64,000 nt of DNA from Elsinoe ampelina (lineage: Eukaryota). The translations under genes and the position numbers were made by a program. The stretch lies in contig ML992504.1 in the NCBI GenBank assembly GCA_010093995.1, positions 620,001 through 684,000 of the forward strand, read 5' to 3'. The notes under the pieces are model-generated. The model worked only from the letters and a program-made list of their open reading frames with translations, had not been told where the DNA came from and ran no database searches. How positions within the stretch are numbered: position 1 is the stretch's first letter; every line of letters begins with the position of its first letter. Positions 24,714-36,888 of this stretch are shown in pieces.

Positions 24714-27700
24714 ATGACCTACACCTTCCCGCAGCAGCCGCGGTCGCCCATGGGAAGCCACAATCTACCACTCAGATCTTCACCCAGTCCCCTTCGCCAT
24801 TCTCAAAGTGCGTTATTTGAGGCGGCTGGGAAAGGCACTGCTCCCGACGAGAATGGACACAGTCGTGATGGATCAGTGTCGCGACAATACTCGAAACTCG
24901 GCGCGCGGAGAGAACTTTTCGAGATGAATAGCAGTCCGACGTTAGGAGACGACTACAACCAGGCAAGGCGACGAGAGACAGCTAGGATGCCTGAGCCAAC
25001 ACGAAGTGCTCTCCGACCTCTCAGCCAAGCTCCCAACAGTCACACGTCGCATTCTAGAGGCCAGAGTCAAGAGGTCCGATTTGCAGATGATGAGCCGACC
25101 TCCCCTCCTTCGAAGCTTCGACCTCATTCATTAGCGATCTCACGGGCAGATTCGATACGTGCTCCTGGTGGAGATCGGCGCGAGCGGCCTCTGTCAACCC
25201 ATTTCGCTTCACAACCCGACCTGTCCAATCCCTCACAATTGCAAGTTCTACAGCGATCCACTACGGGGCATCTCCGCACACTTAGTAAATATGCGGAAGA
25301 TAATGGCGAAGAAGACTTTGCGATCAAGTCAAGGGAGCAAGAGGTGGTGGGTCTCCATGGTCGGAGGAGACTCCAAAGGACAATGACGACAAAGCCCAGT
25401 AAAGGGGCCTCCATGAGCAAGTTCGCAAGTGGCTGGCAGACGACCAAATGGATGGATCAGCAACGACAATTCTTGCAAGCATACGAATACCTGTGCCATA
25501 TTGGTGAAGCGAAAGAGTGGATCGAGGACATTATGCAAAAGCAGATCCCTCCGATTGTTGAGCTGGAAGAAGCTCTTCGAGATGGTGTCACACTCGCTGA
25601 GGTTGTACAAGCACTCTTCCCAGAACGGCAAATACGAATCTTCCGGCATGCCAAATTGCAATTCAGACACTCGGACAACATCGCAATGTTCTTTCGCTTT
25701 CTGGCTGAGATGGAATTACCAGAGCTATTCCGTTTCGAACTGGTCGATCTGTACGAGAAGAAAAATATCCCAAAGGTCATTTACTGTATTCATGCGCTAT
25801 CCTGGCTTCTGTTCCGGAAAGGTATCGTGGACTTTCGGATAGGAAACCTCGTTGGCCAGCTGCAATTCGAGGATCATGAGCTGGAAGCGACGCAGAAGGG
25901 ACTGGATAAGGCTGGTGTCAGCATGCCCAACTTCTCTGGTATGAGTGCAAACTTCGATATAGAACCCGAAGAGCCGCAGGAGACAGAAGAGGAACGCATC
26001 GATCGCGAGCTGGCTGAGCAAGAAATGGTCGTGGCGGATCTTCAATCACAAATCAGGGGAGCCTTGATCAGAGTCCAACTCGGCGACAACATGCAAGAAC
26101 TTTGGGATGCAGAATCACAGCTGGTCAAGTTACAAGCCATCATCAGGGGTGACTTTGCAAGACAGATTGCACAGTATCGTCTGGATATGAGATCATTCGC
26201 CGTCAAGCTTCAAGCATCTTCAAGGGGCTATCTGGTACGATCACGCCGACAGCAACGAGAACGATACTGGAAAGACCGAGAACGACTGGTCGTTGCAATG
26301 CAAAGTCGATTTCGTGCAAAGCAAGTCAGAGCCGAGACTAAGCTCATGCAATCCAGCATGCGTCACCATGAGTCGGGGGTCCGGGATTTCCAGGCAGCGA
26401 TACGAGGAGCACTTGCAAGATGGTCTGTCGGAGATCAGTATCATGAGACGAGGGAGAACGAGCAAGGAATCCAAGAGCTGCAAGCTGCGATCCGCGGTGC
26501 GCTCGCTCGGAAGGAAGTGGAGTCCCAGCTGATGGCAATGCATGACTGTGCTCGCCACATCAGTAAGGTGCAGGCCTTCGCCCGCGCCCATCTTGCGAGA
26601 CAGCAGGTGAAACAGCAAAGAACGCAGCTGGAGAGGCATCAAAACATATTTGTCCAACTGCAAAAGAAAGTCAGGGGTGCTGCACTCCGCCAATCTGTGC
26701 AGATCACAAGGCAGGAAGTGCGAGCACAATCTCAAGCCATCTCACTGCTCCAAGCTGCTCTCCGAGGATCGGGCATTCGGAAAGTCCAGGAACAACGACA
26801 AGAAGAACTGCATCACACGATCCCTGAAGTCGAATCACTACAAACAGCGGCCAGAGGATTTCTGCGACGGCGGCAACTTTCAGCGGACAAGCGAGCGCTT
26901 CAATCATGCGCGCCGTCCATCAGAGATCTTCAATCCTTCACTCGAGCGTACCTCACCCGGCAACAGACTTATGACGTTCTTTGTGACCTCAACAATAATG
27001 AAGATTCCATCATACAATTGCAAAGCGCGCTGCGGACCAATCTACTACAACGCAGCATCGGCAATACCCTGGGTGAGCTTACGGAAGAGGAGGACGCAAT
27101 CGCCGAAATGCAGACTGCCTTGCGTGGTTACATGGTCAGGCAGAAGTTTGCAGAGAAGAAGAAGTTCTACAAGCAGAACATGGAAAAGGTCATCAAGATT
27201 CAGAGTTTCGTGCGAGCGAGGCAGCAAGGTCAGGCGTACAAGAGTCTCACGACAGGCAAGAACCCGCCAGTCGGCACCGTCAAGAACTTTGTACATCTTC
27301 TGAATGACAGTGGATTCGACTTTGACGAAGAACTTGGTACGTAGCACACGCACTTCAGATATAGCACTACTAACATTGAGCAGAGTTCGAGCGCATGCGC
27401 AAGACCGTCTCTCAGCATGTCCGCCAAAACGAAATGGCGGAGCAATACATTGACCAACTTGACATCAAGATTGCACTTTTGGTCAAGAACAAGATCACAC
27501 TGGATGAAGTTGTCCGCCACCAACGACAATTTGGAGGTCACGTCGGCAGCTTGCTGAACAACAAGGAAATCGCTTCCAAAGACCCATTCGATCTCCGTGC
27601 TCTCAACAAGAACTCGCGAAGGAAGCTTGAACACTACCAAGAGATGTTCTTCCTGCTGCAGACACAATCTCAATACCTCGCTCGTCTTTTCAAGCGCTTC

Positions 27701-29776
27701 CGTGAACAAGGTCTGCCCGAGAAGGAAAGCAAGCGCACCGAACTACTCATGATGGGCATGTTTGGCTTCGCACAGAAGCGCCGCGAAGAATACTACCTGT
27801 TAAGACTTGTGGCGCGCTCGATGAAGGAGGAGGCAGATGCTTGCAACTCCATGCAAGACTACCTCCGAGGCAACTTCTTCTGGAGTAAGATCCTTTCTGC
27901 CTACCTTCGATCGCCGAGGGATCGGAAGTACATGAAAGATATGTTTGGTCCTATGGTCAGGGACAACATCTTCGAAAGCGAGGGTCTGGACCTCGAGAGC
28001 GATCCTCTCCAGATCTACCGAGCTGCCATCAACGACGAGGAGCTTCGCACAGGACAACGCAGCACGCGCAACCCAGACGTCGGACGAGAGGAAGCTATTC
28101 GGGATCCAGAAACAAGAGACATGTTTATTGCCCACCTTCAGGACTTGCGCGACATCTCTGACCATTGCTTCGCACTTTTCGACGAGACTCTAGCGCGCAT
28201 GCCCTTTGGCGTTCGGTACATCACCCAACAGCAGTATGCGATTCTCCACGAAAGGTTCCCACACGAAGATCAGAATCATCTCCTCCAGATCTGCGGCCAT
28301 TGGCTCTGGAAGAATTACCTACTACCAGCTTTGACCCAACCAGAGATGTGGGGCGTCATCGATCGTGGTCTCAATCCTCAGCAGAAGCGTAATGTTGGTG
28401 AGGTCGGCAAGGTTGTTGGCCAAGTCTTCACCGGCAGACTCTTTGGCGGTGAGAATATCTACCTCCAGCCTCTCAACACCTGGGTATCCGAATCAATCGA
28501 GCGCCTCGGACACACCCTCATGAAGCTGATCAATGTCCGTGACGCTGAAGCACACTTTGACATTGACGAATTCAACGACCTTTACTCCACAACCAAGCCG
28601 ACACTCTACATCAAGATGGCCGACATCTTCGCAATCCATCATCTTGTTACTGACCACATACAGCTTCTGTGCCCATCACAAGATGATCCTCTGCGTGAGA
28701 TCATCAAGGAGCTCGGAAGTGTCAAGTCGAATGAGAACGAGATGATGGGAGTCAGCTCGCAGGAAATTAGCCTCCAGCTTCAGACCAAATATCATGATAT
28801 GCAAGGTATGTCCCCACTTGTTTTAAGTTCGAGGAGATACTAACACTTTACAGATCCGGACGCTGATGTCAAGGCACTCTTCATGGAAACGAAGCGCCTC
28901 GCCCTGTACATCATCCGTGTGCAGTCTGGAGCCAACATGCTAGAGATTCTCGTCAAGCCAATCACTCAAGAGGACGATGACAAATGGCTCGCCTTACTTG
29001 ACGAGGAGTACTCACAGCAGAATGATCTTCGATCTCGGCGGAAGTCAGCTTATGCTCCGTCGATTGTCTCTGCCAATCCTGCGACCACATCTCTGGATGT
29101 GACGACACTGACATACGCGGAGCTCAAGTCGTCGTGTCTTGAGAACATCTTGACGCTCGAACGCCATGGTCGTCTTTCTCGACACAACCACTATCAGGAT
29201 CTTCTCAACGCCATTGCTATCGACATTCGAACAAAGCATCGCCGACGTATACAGCGAACCCGTGAATTGGAAGGCGTCCGTGCCACCCTCGCTCAACTCG
29301 ACGCCAAAGCTGCCTTCCTCGACGACCAATTACAGTCCTACAACGACTATGTGGAGCAAGCCATGGTCACGCTTCAGAACAAGAAGGGTAAGAAGCGCTT
29401 CCTCATGCCTTTCTCCCGACAATACAACCACGAGAAGGAGTTGGCTCGATCTGGCCGAACCCCCAAGTTTGGCAGCTTCAAGTACAGCGCTCGTCAGCTC
29501 GCAGAGAAGGGAGTTTTGGTTAGCTGGACTGGATATGGTGAAGACAAGTGGGGCCGAATCAACATCACCGTCAGTAGTGACGAAGTTGGAGTGTTTCACA
29601 TTGAAGGCAGTACTGGCAGCATGATGATACCCGGGGCAAGCGCCAGTGTCCCTCTCGACGATCTTTTGCAGGCGCAGTTCGAGAACAGCCAGTTCATTCA
29701 CCTGTTCCCGGATGGAGGATTGAAGTTCAACGTCAATTTGTTCTTGAACTTGGTCTACAAGAAGTTCTTCGACTAG
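24714..29776 (+). CDS. IQG1: IQGAP-related protein (CH, IQ repeats, RasGAP, RasGAP_C; Rng2/Iqg1/SepG-like), 3 exons
   Basis: QAYEYLCHIGEAKEWIE CH domain, many LQAxxRG IQ motifs, GKNPPVGTVKNFVHLL, C-terminal KFGSFKYSARQL. Confidence 0.95.
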
Positions 29777-30389
29777 AGTTATTCGAGGAGACACCATGTT
29801 CAGCTATGGCATGGTTTGTTTGGAGGAGGAAGACTGTCGTTGGAAGATGGAACGACTCTCTTTGTGTGCATGATGTCTGTAGCATTTTCTGGCGTAGATC
29901 GATGACCGGCTCTCTGGTGTCGACAAGCATACATAGGCTCAGCATCGTTGATATCATGAATTCTACCTCTTTTGAGACTTGAACAAATTAACCAGCGGTG
30001 CCTTATTCCAGGTCGTTGAATCATAATGATGAATGCTACTGTATGCGATGAGTGTGTGGGGATGCTCCTTTTGTGATCAGGGTCCGACTCATCCAAGCCT
30101 ACTGTTTACCCACCGCATCTTCACACCACGTCACAAATATATTGCCAACAATATCTAGCCCAGCTTACTCTGACTGGTGACACTTGTGGTCATCCTAGCG
30201 ACCATCTGCAAAGATATCTCGTTCTTTGTTGGCACGCAGGACATCGCGTGCGCAAGAACGCCTCCGCGACCGGCCTACTATACAGATTGCTCACATCGAC
30301 CCCTTCCAGCCATCGAAACTATCATCATGATCTCGGAGCAGGACACACGCTGAGTCTAGCAGTACATCTATCATGATGGACAGATAACA

Positions 30390-33300
30390 ATGGCATCTCA
30401 ACATCCTCGACGAGTCTCCACTGCGCCCTTGCCTGGCTTCGAGGCTGTTCCGCCTGCACCTCCGCTTCCGCCACAACAGCAACAACGATACTCGCAAGCA
30501 AAGTCAGCAATCTCCAGAGTGTTCGGCATCGGTGGCAGACAGGTACAGATCGATGATCGTATCCCGGATCGCATCCTCCCACGACATACAACACTATCAT
30601 CCAGTAATGCGACGACCGTTCACAGGACCGGCTTGCCCATCAATTCGCTTTCCATCAACGAGTCTGGCACACATGCTTTGATCGGCGGCAATGGAGTCCT
30701 CAAAACACTTCGAGTCGATGGGGACTCGTGTGTTGAAGATGCCAATATTCGATCTGCCATTGGTACGTATAATGCCAGTCTACCCGATGGCGGAACTGTC
30801 ATCTCACGAGAGAGCTCGGAGATACACGATGTCGCATGGGCGAAGGGCACCACGGGCAACGTCATCGCAGCCGTGAGTAATAATGGTCTGATCCACCTTT
30901 ACGACTTGAACAGACTGGGTGTCGAAGTGGCACGACTAGTGGACCACAAACGCCAGGTCCATCGGGTCACGTTCAACCCTCATGCTGGCCATTACATGCT
31001 ATCGGCAGGTCACGATGGAATCGTCAAGATGTGGGACATTCGAGACTGTCAAAGAAGTATTAGCAGCTTCACCAGCCAGCAATCAACACCTCACTCAAAA
31101 GACCCTATTCGCGATGTCAAGTGGTCACCCACAAACGGTACAGAATTTGCCGTCGGCACCCATGAAGGCTGGATCCAAAAATGGGACACGTTGATGATGC
31201 GGACTGCAAAGGTCAAGATGGCTGCCCATTCTGGATCATGCAGCACCATCGATTGGCATCCTGATGGTAAGCACTTGATGAGTGCTGGCGACGACAAATT
31301 TGTCAGGATCTGGAATTTACCCGCACCAAGCGATGAGAGATTGACCTACAAGGTCAAGACACCGTTCCCAATCCGAAATGCGAGATGGCGGCCGGCGTTC
31401 CAATCCGTACTTCATGGCGACTCTGGAGTCAGGCAGTGCACCCAATTCGTCACATCATACAATGAGATCAACCCAGTCCTCCACGTCTGGGATCTGAGGC
31501 GACCGCTGATGCCGTTCCGGGAACTATTTACCTCTCAAACCTCAGCAACGGACCTTCTATGGCATTCGCAAGATCTGCTATGGACTGTCGGGAGGGAGGG
31601 CACCTTCACCCAGAGCGATGTCAGCTTCGCGAAAAAGACGATCGATCATAGGAATGTACAAGCATTCGGTCTGTCCCCACAAGGTGACATTAATCTGGTC
31701 ACCCAAACCCGCAGACCGAAATCGGAGATTCCCAGAATGTCACCTCAGATTGACAGACCCAGAAGAGTGCAGACAGATATCACCGCCAATAGCACCATGC
31801 CTTCGACGATGGCTCGAAGTGCTGGAGATGACACACTGGACGACAACTTTCTCAGCGTGGTTCTCAAGATCTCAAGACGCAAGTCAGCACCAGCGAATGA
31901 GAGCAGATCATTGACCGAGACGCCACCGTCAGGGGAGATGCTCCGAGGACGTGTCCTGCCGCTTGATAGCAAGACTGAGAGATTCCGAGCTGCGCGACCT
32001 ACCCAAGGAGCTGTCAGAGGCTCCGTTCCGGGATCCATGAATGCCACTCTGTTCACCTACTTTGCTCAAAAGTATAAATTACGACCGTACATGCATCCGC
32101 CTACACTCGAAGCATTCATGAATATTCAGGACATCTTCGAACAGAATGCCGGCTATGCTAAGCTCGCTTCAATGTATCGCCTTTCACAGTCATGGCGGAT
32201 TGTTGGACAGCTTGTGTCGATGGACTTGCGGAAAAGGGCAGAGCTCAACAGACGTCAACGCCAGAAAAGAGGACTGCAAATACAGAGCCAGACCGCCGAC
32301 AGGGCAGAATTAGCAAGCTTGATTCAAATTATGTTGCGCCACCATGCAGTCCGACCATCAAACCCTCCGACGCCGCTCGCGCTACCCGTACAAAAGAAGG
32401 ATGCAATAGCAACGCTTCAGAAAGAGAGCACGTCCGCCATGCCAACCCCACGAGCACGGCCGTCAGGCACCAGGATCAACGGCAACGAGTCCTTTGATCA
32501 AGACTCACTGCCAGACATCGACAGCGATAATTTGGTCCAGCTGCCCCCCAGAGTGATCGAGCCGACTTTACAGAGCTCGCCCTCGACGTTCGATGATATT
32601 AGTATGGACGGGATCGATAGCAGCTCAGACGAGCGGGCGAAGAAAGAACATCTGGCCAATTGGAAGCCAAGAATACGCAAGCCATACGAGCTAGATCATC
32701 AAGCAGGGCCAGCACTCCGTACACCACCTCCACTCGTGAAGCACGACTCAGATGAGAGCTTCGGTGTCTTTCCGCCGTTATCTAGCTCGCGAGCTGCCTC
32801 GCTCCCTGACTCAATGGCGAGCAGTCAATCGCAGCTCATGGCGAATGTGAGCGACAACCTGAGAGAGATGAAAAATGATCCGAGGTATGATCCTAAGAGT
32901 TCTTCGCTGGAGAACTTCGTCCAGCGTTTCTCTGCAGAAGAGGGACAATCGTCGCCCGAAGCCGAACGGCAGAACGAATCACAGCTGCCCAGAATCGATA
33001 CTACAGCGGCAAGCGGACCGGATGACTTCACAAATGTGCCCATTACTGTGCCTGAACGACCCAAGTCTCGAGCAGAAGTCAGTAAAGATATTCAAACCTT
33101 GGCTCGTAACAACCAGGAGAGCTTTGCATCAGATACGGACCTAAATCCGAACAGCCAGCAGAGTCCAGAAGAGCTGTTGAAATTCAGCAAAATCGACCTC
33201 AAGCACGATCTTCCGAAATCGGACGCTGGTCTGGACGTAAGAGATCATGACCGGAGAATTAGCAGTCAAGCATCAGCAACGGTGGTCGGATTTGACATTG

Positions 33301-34604
33301 AGCCGGTCGAGAAGAAGTTGGCAGAACAGGAGCATGCTGTTTATGATGAGCTGACTGTCGATGACTTCCTCACCCAGCCAACCATCGATCAGAATGCTTC
33401 ACCAGAACTGTTCCCTCTCATCACGATGCTCAATCAATTGGTAGCATATCACACCACAAGTCTTGCCGACGCTCAGTCTCTGAGTGCTCTGCTCCTACTA
33501 GTCATGCCGCTACTGCCGGAGACATCATCCCTGCCAAAGGACGTTATCGAAGCTTGCCTGACGCACTATATTGAGCACTTCTCGGATCTTCAAATTCCAG
33601 AAACCAGCATTTCCACCTTTTTGTCCGCTTCAACGAGCCACCTACTCCTGGCAGGGCTGAATCCACTGATGGTCGAATCTGTCATGACGGCTTATCACGA
33701 TCAACTCCGCTCGCTTTCCCTACCCATCAACGCCGCACTTCTTCGTAGGTTAGCATACCCAACATTCCCTGCTCTATACGAAACTGCTCTCAAAGAGAAC
33801 CAAGTCATATTTCGCTGCTCGTCTTGCAGGAAACCTCTTCTTGGCCAATCTCCACTCCGAAACAAGTGCGGATCCTGCCACGCAAGGCCACCGCAGTGCC
33901 CGGTATGCTGGCTCCCAGAATCACCCTACGATCTCCACCGCGGCAAGAAGAAGAGGAAATCCAAGCCACCCGGCGACTCCGCTCTCGAGCGCAACCCTAC
34001 GCTGCTAGACCCACAAGACGCAAGCAGAATCAACAGCGTCTACTCCCACAACTCCACATCGCGCCCCAGCTCAGGCCACGGCCACCACAACCGCCCTCAT
34101 CCCCAACCTCCCTCCACCGACCCCCAAACCACAACCTGGACCCATCCCCCCTCCCTCTTCACCTCCTGCCTCAACTGCAACCACGCAGCCCACGCGGCCT
34201 GCCTCTCCGTCTGGCACGGTCTGGACGCCCACGCCCCCACCTCCTCCCCAGCTCTATTCCCCGGCGGCCCCCGCGGCCCCCGCAGCAGAACCGAGAGCTC
34301 AAGCGGCGGTGTCTGCCCGGTGGAAGGTTGCGGGTGCGCCTGCATCGCTGATCCGGAGACTAGGTTCGGGGAAGTGAAGTATGGTATTGGGGCGGGGGGG
34401 TTGTTGACGCCTACGTTGTCTGGGAGTGTGGGGAGGGAGAGGAGGGCGGTGGTGGAGGATGAGGTGAGGGTGGGGGAGAGTAGAGCTGTTGCGGGGGTGA
34501 GGAGGAAGATGGGGGTTCAGGGGAGAGGAGGAGGAGTGGGAGGTGGGAGTGGGAGTGCAGGAAGTGGGGGTCTGGGAGTGAGGGGGATGGAGGGGTTGAG
34601 GTGA
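30390..34604 (+). CDS. RTC1: WD40-repeat + C-terminal RING protein, SEA/GATOR2 subunit Rtc1/Sea2/WDR24-like
   Basis: Single 1404-aa ORF with WD40 repeats (IRDVKWSP, TIDWHPDGK, VWDLRRP) and a C-terminal CxxC...CxHxxHxxC...CP..GCGC finger. Confidence 0.8.
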   Translation: MASQHPRRVSTAPLPGFEAVPPAPPLPPQQQQRYSQAKSAISRVFGIGGRQVQIDDRIPDRILPRHTTLSSSNATTVHRTGLPINSLSINESGTHALIGGNGVLKTLRVDGDSCVEDANIRSAIGTYNASLPDGGTVISRESSEIHDVAWAKGTTGNVIAAVSNNGLIHLYDLNRLGVEVARLVDHKRQVHRVTFNPHAGHYMLSAGHDGIVKMWDIRDCQRSISSFTSQQSTPHSKDPIRDVKWSPTNGTEFAVGTHEGWIQKWDTLMMRTAKVKMAAHSGSCSTIDWHPDGKHLMSAGDDKFVRIWNLPAPSDERLTYKVKTPFPIRNARWRPAFQSVLHGDSGVRQCTQFVTSYNEINPVLHVWDLRRPLMPFRELFTSQTSATDLLWHSQDLLWTVGREGTFTQSDVSFAKKTIDHRNVQAFGLSPQGDINLVTQTRRPKSEIPRMSPQIDRPRRVQTDITANSTMPSTMARSAGDDTLDDNFLSVVLKISRRKSAPANESRSLTETPPSGEMLRGRVLPLDSKTERFRAARPTQGAVRGSVPGSMNATLFTYFAQKYKLRPYMHPPTLEAFMNIQDIFEQNAGYAKLASMYRLSQSWRIVGQLVSMDLRKRAELNRRQRQKRGLQIQSQTADRAELASLIQIMLRHHAVRPSNPPTPLALPVQKKDAIATLQKESTSAMPTPRARPSGTRINGNESFDQDSLPDIDSDNLVQLPPRVIEPTLQSSPSTFDDISMDGIDSSSDERAKKEHLANWKPRIRKPYELDHQAGPALRTPPPLVKHDSDESFGVFPPLSSSRAASLPDSMASSQSQLMANVSDNLREMKNDPRYDPKSSSLENFVQRFSAEEGQSSPEAERQNESQLPRIDTTAASGPDDFTNVPITVPERPKSRAEVSKDIQTLARNNQESFASDTDLNPNSQQSPEELLKFSKIDLKHDLPKSDAGLDVRDHDRRISSQASATVVGFDIEPVEKKLAEQEHAVYDELTVDDFLTQPTIDQNASPELFPLITMLNQLVAYHTTSLADAQSLSALLLLVMPLLPETSSLPKDVIEACLTHYIEHFSDLQIPETSISTFLSASTSHLLLAGLNPLMVESVMTAYHDQLRSLSLPINAALLRRLAYPTFPALYETALKENQVIFRCSSCRKPLLGQSPLRNKCGSCHARPPQCPVCWLPESPYDLHRGKKKRKSKPPGDSALERNPTLLDPQDASRINSVYSHNSTSRPSSGHGHHNRPHPQPPSTDPQTTTWTHPPSLFTSCLNCNHAAHAACLSVWHGLDAHAPTSSPALFPGGPRGPRSRTESSSGGVCPVEGCGCACIADPETRFGEVKYGIGAGGLLTPTLSGSVGRERRAVVEDEVRVGESRAVAGVRRKMGVQGRGGGVGGGSGSAGSGGLGVRGMEGLR

Positions 34605-34735
34605 GGACCATGAGAAGGATGAACTGATAGGGTATGTAAGCTTGGGCAGGGTTTTGTATAGATAAGGGTTGCAGGGTTGGATGTGATTCTGGAACTGGCG
34701 TCAGAGGGAGGTCAAGGCAGTGATCATGTATGGAC

Positions 34736-35342
34736 TTATGGGAGATGGCAGGTCAGAGTATACCATTTTCTTGAAGGAATTTTTACATTCACCACTTGAA
34801 ATGATCTCTTTCGTTGAAGACGGGATGCCAAGACGGTTGCTTTTGTCCTGCCACAGCGCTCGTCTGGAATGTAGATGTCCTCACTGGCATTGGTAGTGTC
34901 CAGTAGGCTCATGAATATGCCTTCGAGCAAGAAGCACATCTGATTGGAATAAGCTTCCTGGCCAATCAGTATCAGGGGGCGGAGGTTCAGAACATTGCCC
35001 TGCTCTACAAGCGTTTTGACGTGCATTCTGCGGCCTTCACGTTTGCATCCAGCAGCGCTCTTTGCCCGATCGCAGACCACCCAACGACTCAGAATGCCAT
35101 GTTGTGAAGACCCACTGCCCACATAGAGTGCAAGAAATGGCCCGTCGTCTCGCGTGATGATACTTAGATAGACGCCACGCTGCTGTAGAAACTCGACAGG
35201 GCAACCTGGGAGAGCTAGCAGATCTTCTTTCGTGATGTTTGGCCTCCCGAGGACCTTTTGGACTTTCCGGAGCCAAGCTCTCAGCTACGCACTCCCAGAG
35301 ATCCGTCCACGTCATTCTTTTCAGGAGGCGGGCACAACTCAA
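34736..35342 (-). pseudogene. Frameshifted GIY-YIG-like nuclease remnant
   Basis: RGVYLSIITRDDGPFLALYVGSGSSQHGILSRW...FLLEGIFM. The upstream part lies in another frame (frameshift near 35265). Confidence 0.45.
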
Positions 35343-36522
35343 TGACAGTGACTTATCATCCGCATCGTGGTTGTACGCTATAGCCTCACGTTTCCAGACA
35401 GTGAAACAATGATGCAGCCTTCTTCGGAAAGCCTGTAGATGGCCTTGCCCGTCATGATCAGCTTCGGCGATACTAGTATAAGCAAGTCGCCACCTCTCTG
35501 GTTCGTTGTTGCCAAGCCTTGCTGAGACCCAATGACGGCGGGGGTTGAAGAGTTGCGCCTCTTGTAGTATGCCTAACCGTGCAGGTTCTCCTGAATCGTC
35601 TTGGATTCTTGGGCTGGAGTGGTGTTGTGCAGTTGTCCCTCGGTAAGCTACTCCGTTCTAGGATGGTCCAGTTCGCGGGCTCTGGAAACATCATTTCTTT
35701 CGAAGCACCAAGGAGGAGACGACCTCTGACCATATTCATACCATCGGAGAACAGATTATCCTTCGAGGATGTGCCTTGCTTTACTGAGCCTATAGCTGAC
35801 TCTTCATGTGCCCAGTGAGCAGCTGATGCGGGTTTCGTGTCAATCGTCTGCGTAGGACTAGCTTCGGTGATTTGTGTGATCGGTGCCTCTATCAATTGAG
35901 ACTTGCTTGGAATAGGCTTCACCTGGTTTGAAAATCCTTCTATAAAGGTTCTCCTTTGGCAAATACCCGGCCAAGAAATCGTCTGCTGCTTCATTGTAGC
36001 TGGATATTCTTGCAAGCTTCGTAGTCTTGACCTTCTGTAACAGTCTAAAGAAGACTTGTTGTTGCTCATTAAGGTCAATATGTCTACGGCCCGGTATCTT
36101 AGACTTCCTCTGATTACGGATTATCCGCTGTTGTTTAGAGCGCCAGATATTCATGTCATGGACAATGTTATCTAACTCCCGATCATAGAGGGCGGTTGTC
36201 TCTTTCCTATACGTGCACTCTAAATACTGGCGTGTCCACTGATGATTTTGCTTGAACATTGTTATGGAATGCTCCCTCGCTGTAAAGTAGACATGAAATA
36301 TGGAAGGGTTTGAAGGAGACAAACCTGGAAGGCGTACATGTTTCCGTCGCCAAGCAATTAGCAGCCTCGTGTATCGATAAAGTCAGAGATAAGGCACATG
36401 AAGAATAGCCTCCGCGATTTTGTCCATCAAAAGTGGTACTTGTGGACATCTGGTTCTCAAACCCCTGGAGTACGTTCGTTATATGCGGACAATCAAAAAC
36501 GGACAGCGAAGAAAAGGAGGAC

Positions 36523-36527
36523 AAAAA
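36523..36527 (-). terminator. Pol III oligo-T terminator of tRNA-Gly
   Basis: TTTTT starts two nt downstream of the discriminator A (36529). Confidence 0.7.
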
Positions 36528-36528
36528 T

Positions 36529-36767
36529 TGCATCCTCCGGGAATCGAACCCCTTTGCTCATGTTAGTAAGTTGAACATGAAATGGAGAAGACAACCCTAC
36601 GGTCCTGCTGCTCTCAAGTCCTTGATGTGAACGTCTTATGGAAGGCACTGAATCTGTTAGGGATCTTCCACCCAATTAAGCAGTTGATACCTACGCAATC
36701 CTACCTTGCTTGGGTCAGTTGGATTCGACTGAGCCGGCAGGGAACCTTACCAATGGACCAAGAATGC
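36529..36767 (-). tRNA. tRNA-Gly(TCC) interrupted by three spliceosomal-type introns and one canonical tRNA intron
   Basis: Exons 36767-36751, 36704-36695, 36647-36639, 36612-36601 and 36551-36529 join to GCATTCTTGGTCCATTGGTAGGATTGCTGCCTTCCAAGCAGCAGGACCGGGTTCGATTCCCGGAGGATGCA (71 nt). All four stems pair; anticodon TCC at 36642-36640. Confidence 0.9.
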
Positions 36768-36888
36768 CACATCGCTTCATGAGAATGATGGCTGAAGAAT
36801 AACATGACTCGAGTTTCGATAGAATATAATACTAGTATTCTCTGGGAAGCGTGCTCGACGCGGCGCTCAGCTTCGCAGGTAGCTGTTC

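Noticed and set aside
36613..36638. Fourth tRNA intron as another spliceosomal intron
   Set aside because: It ends in AG but starts with TA, has no branch motif, is only 26 nt and sits at the canonical 37/38 position, so it is an ordinary tRNA intron.
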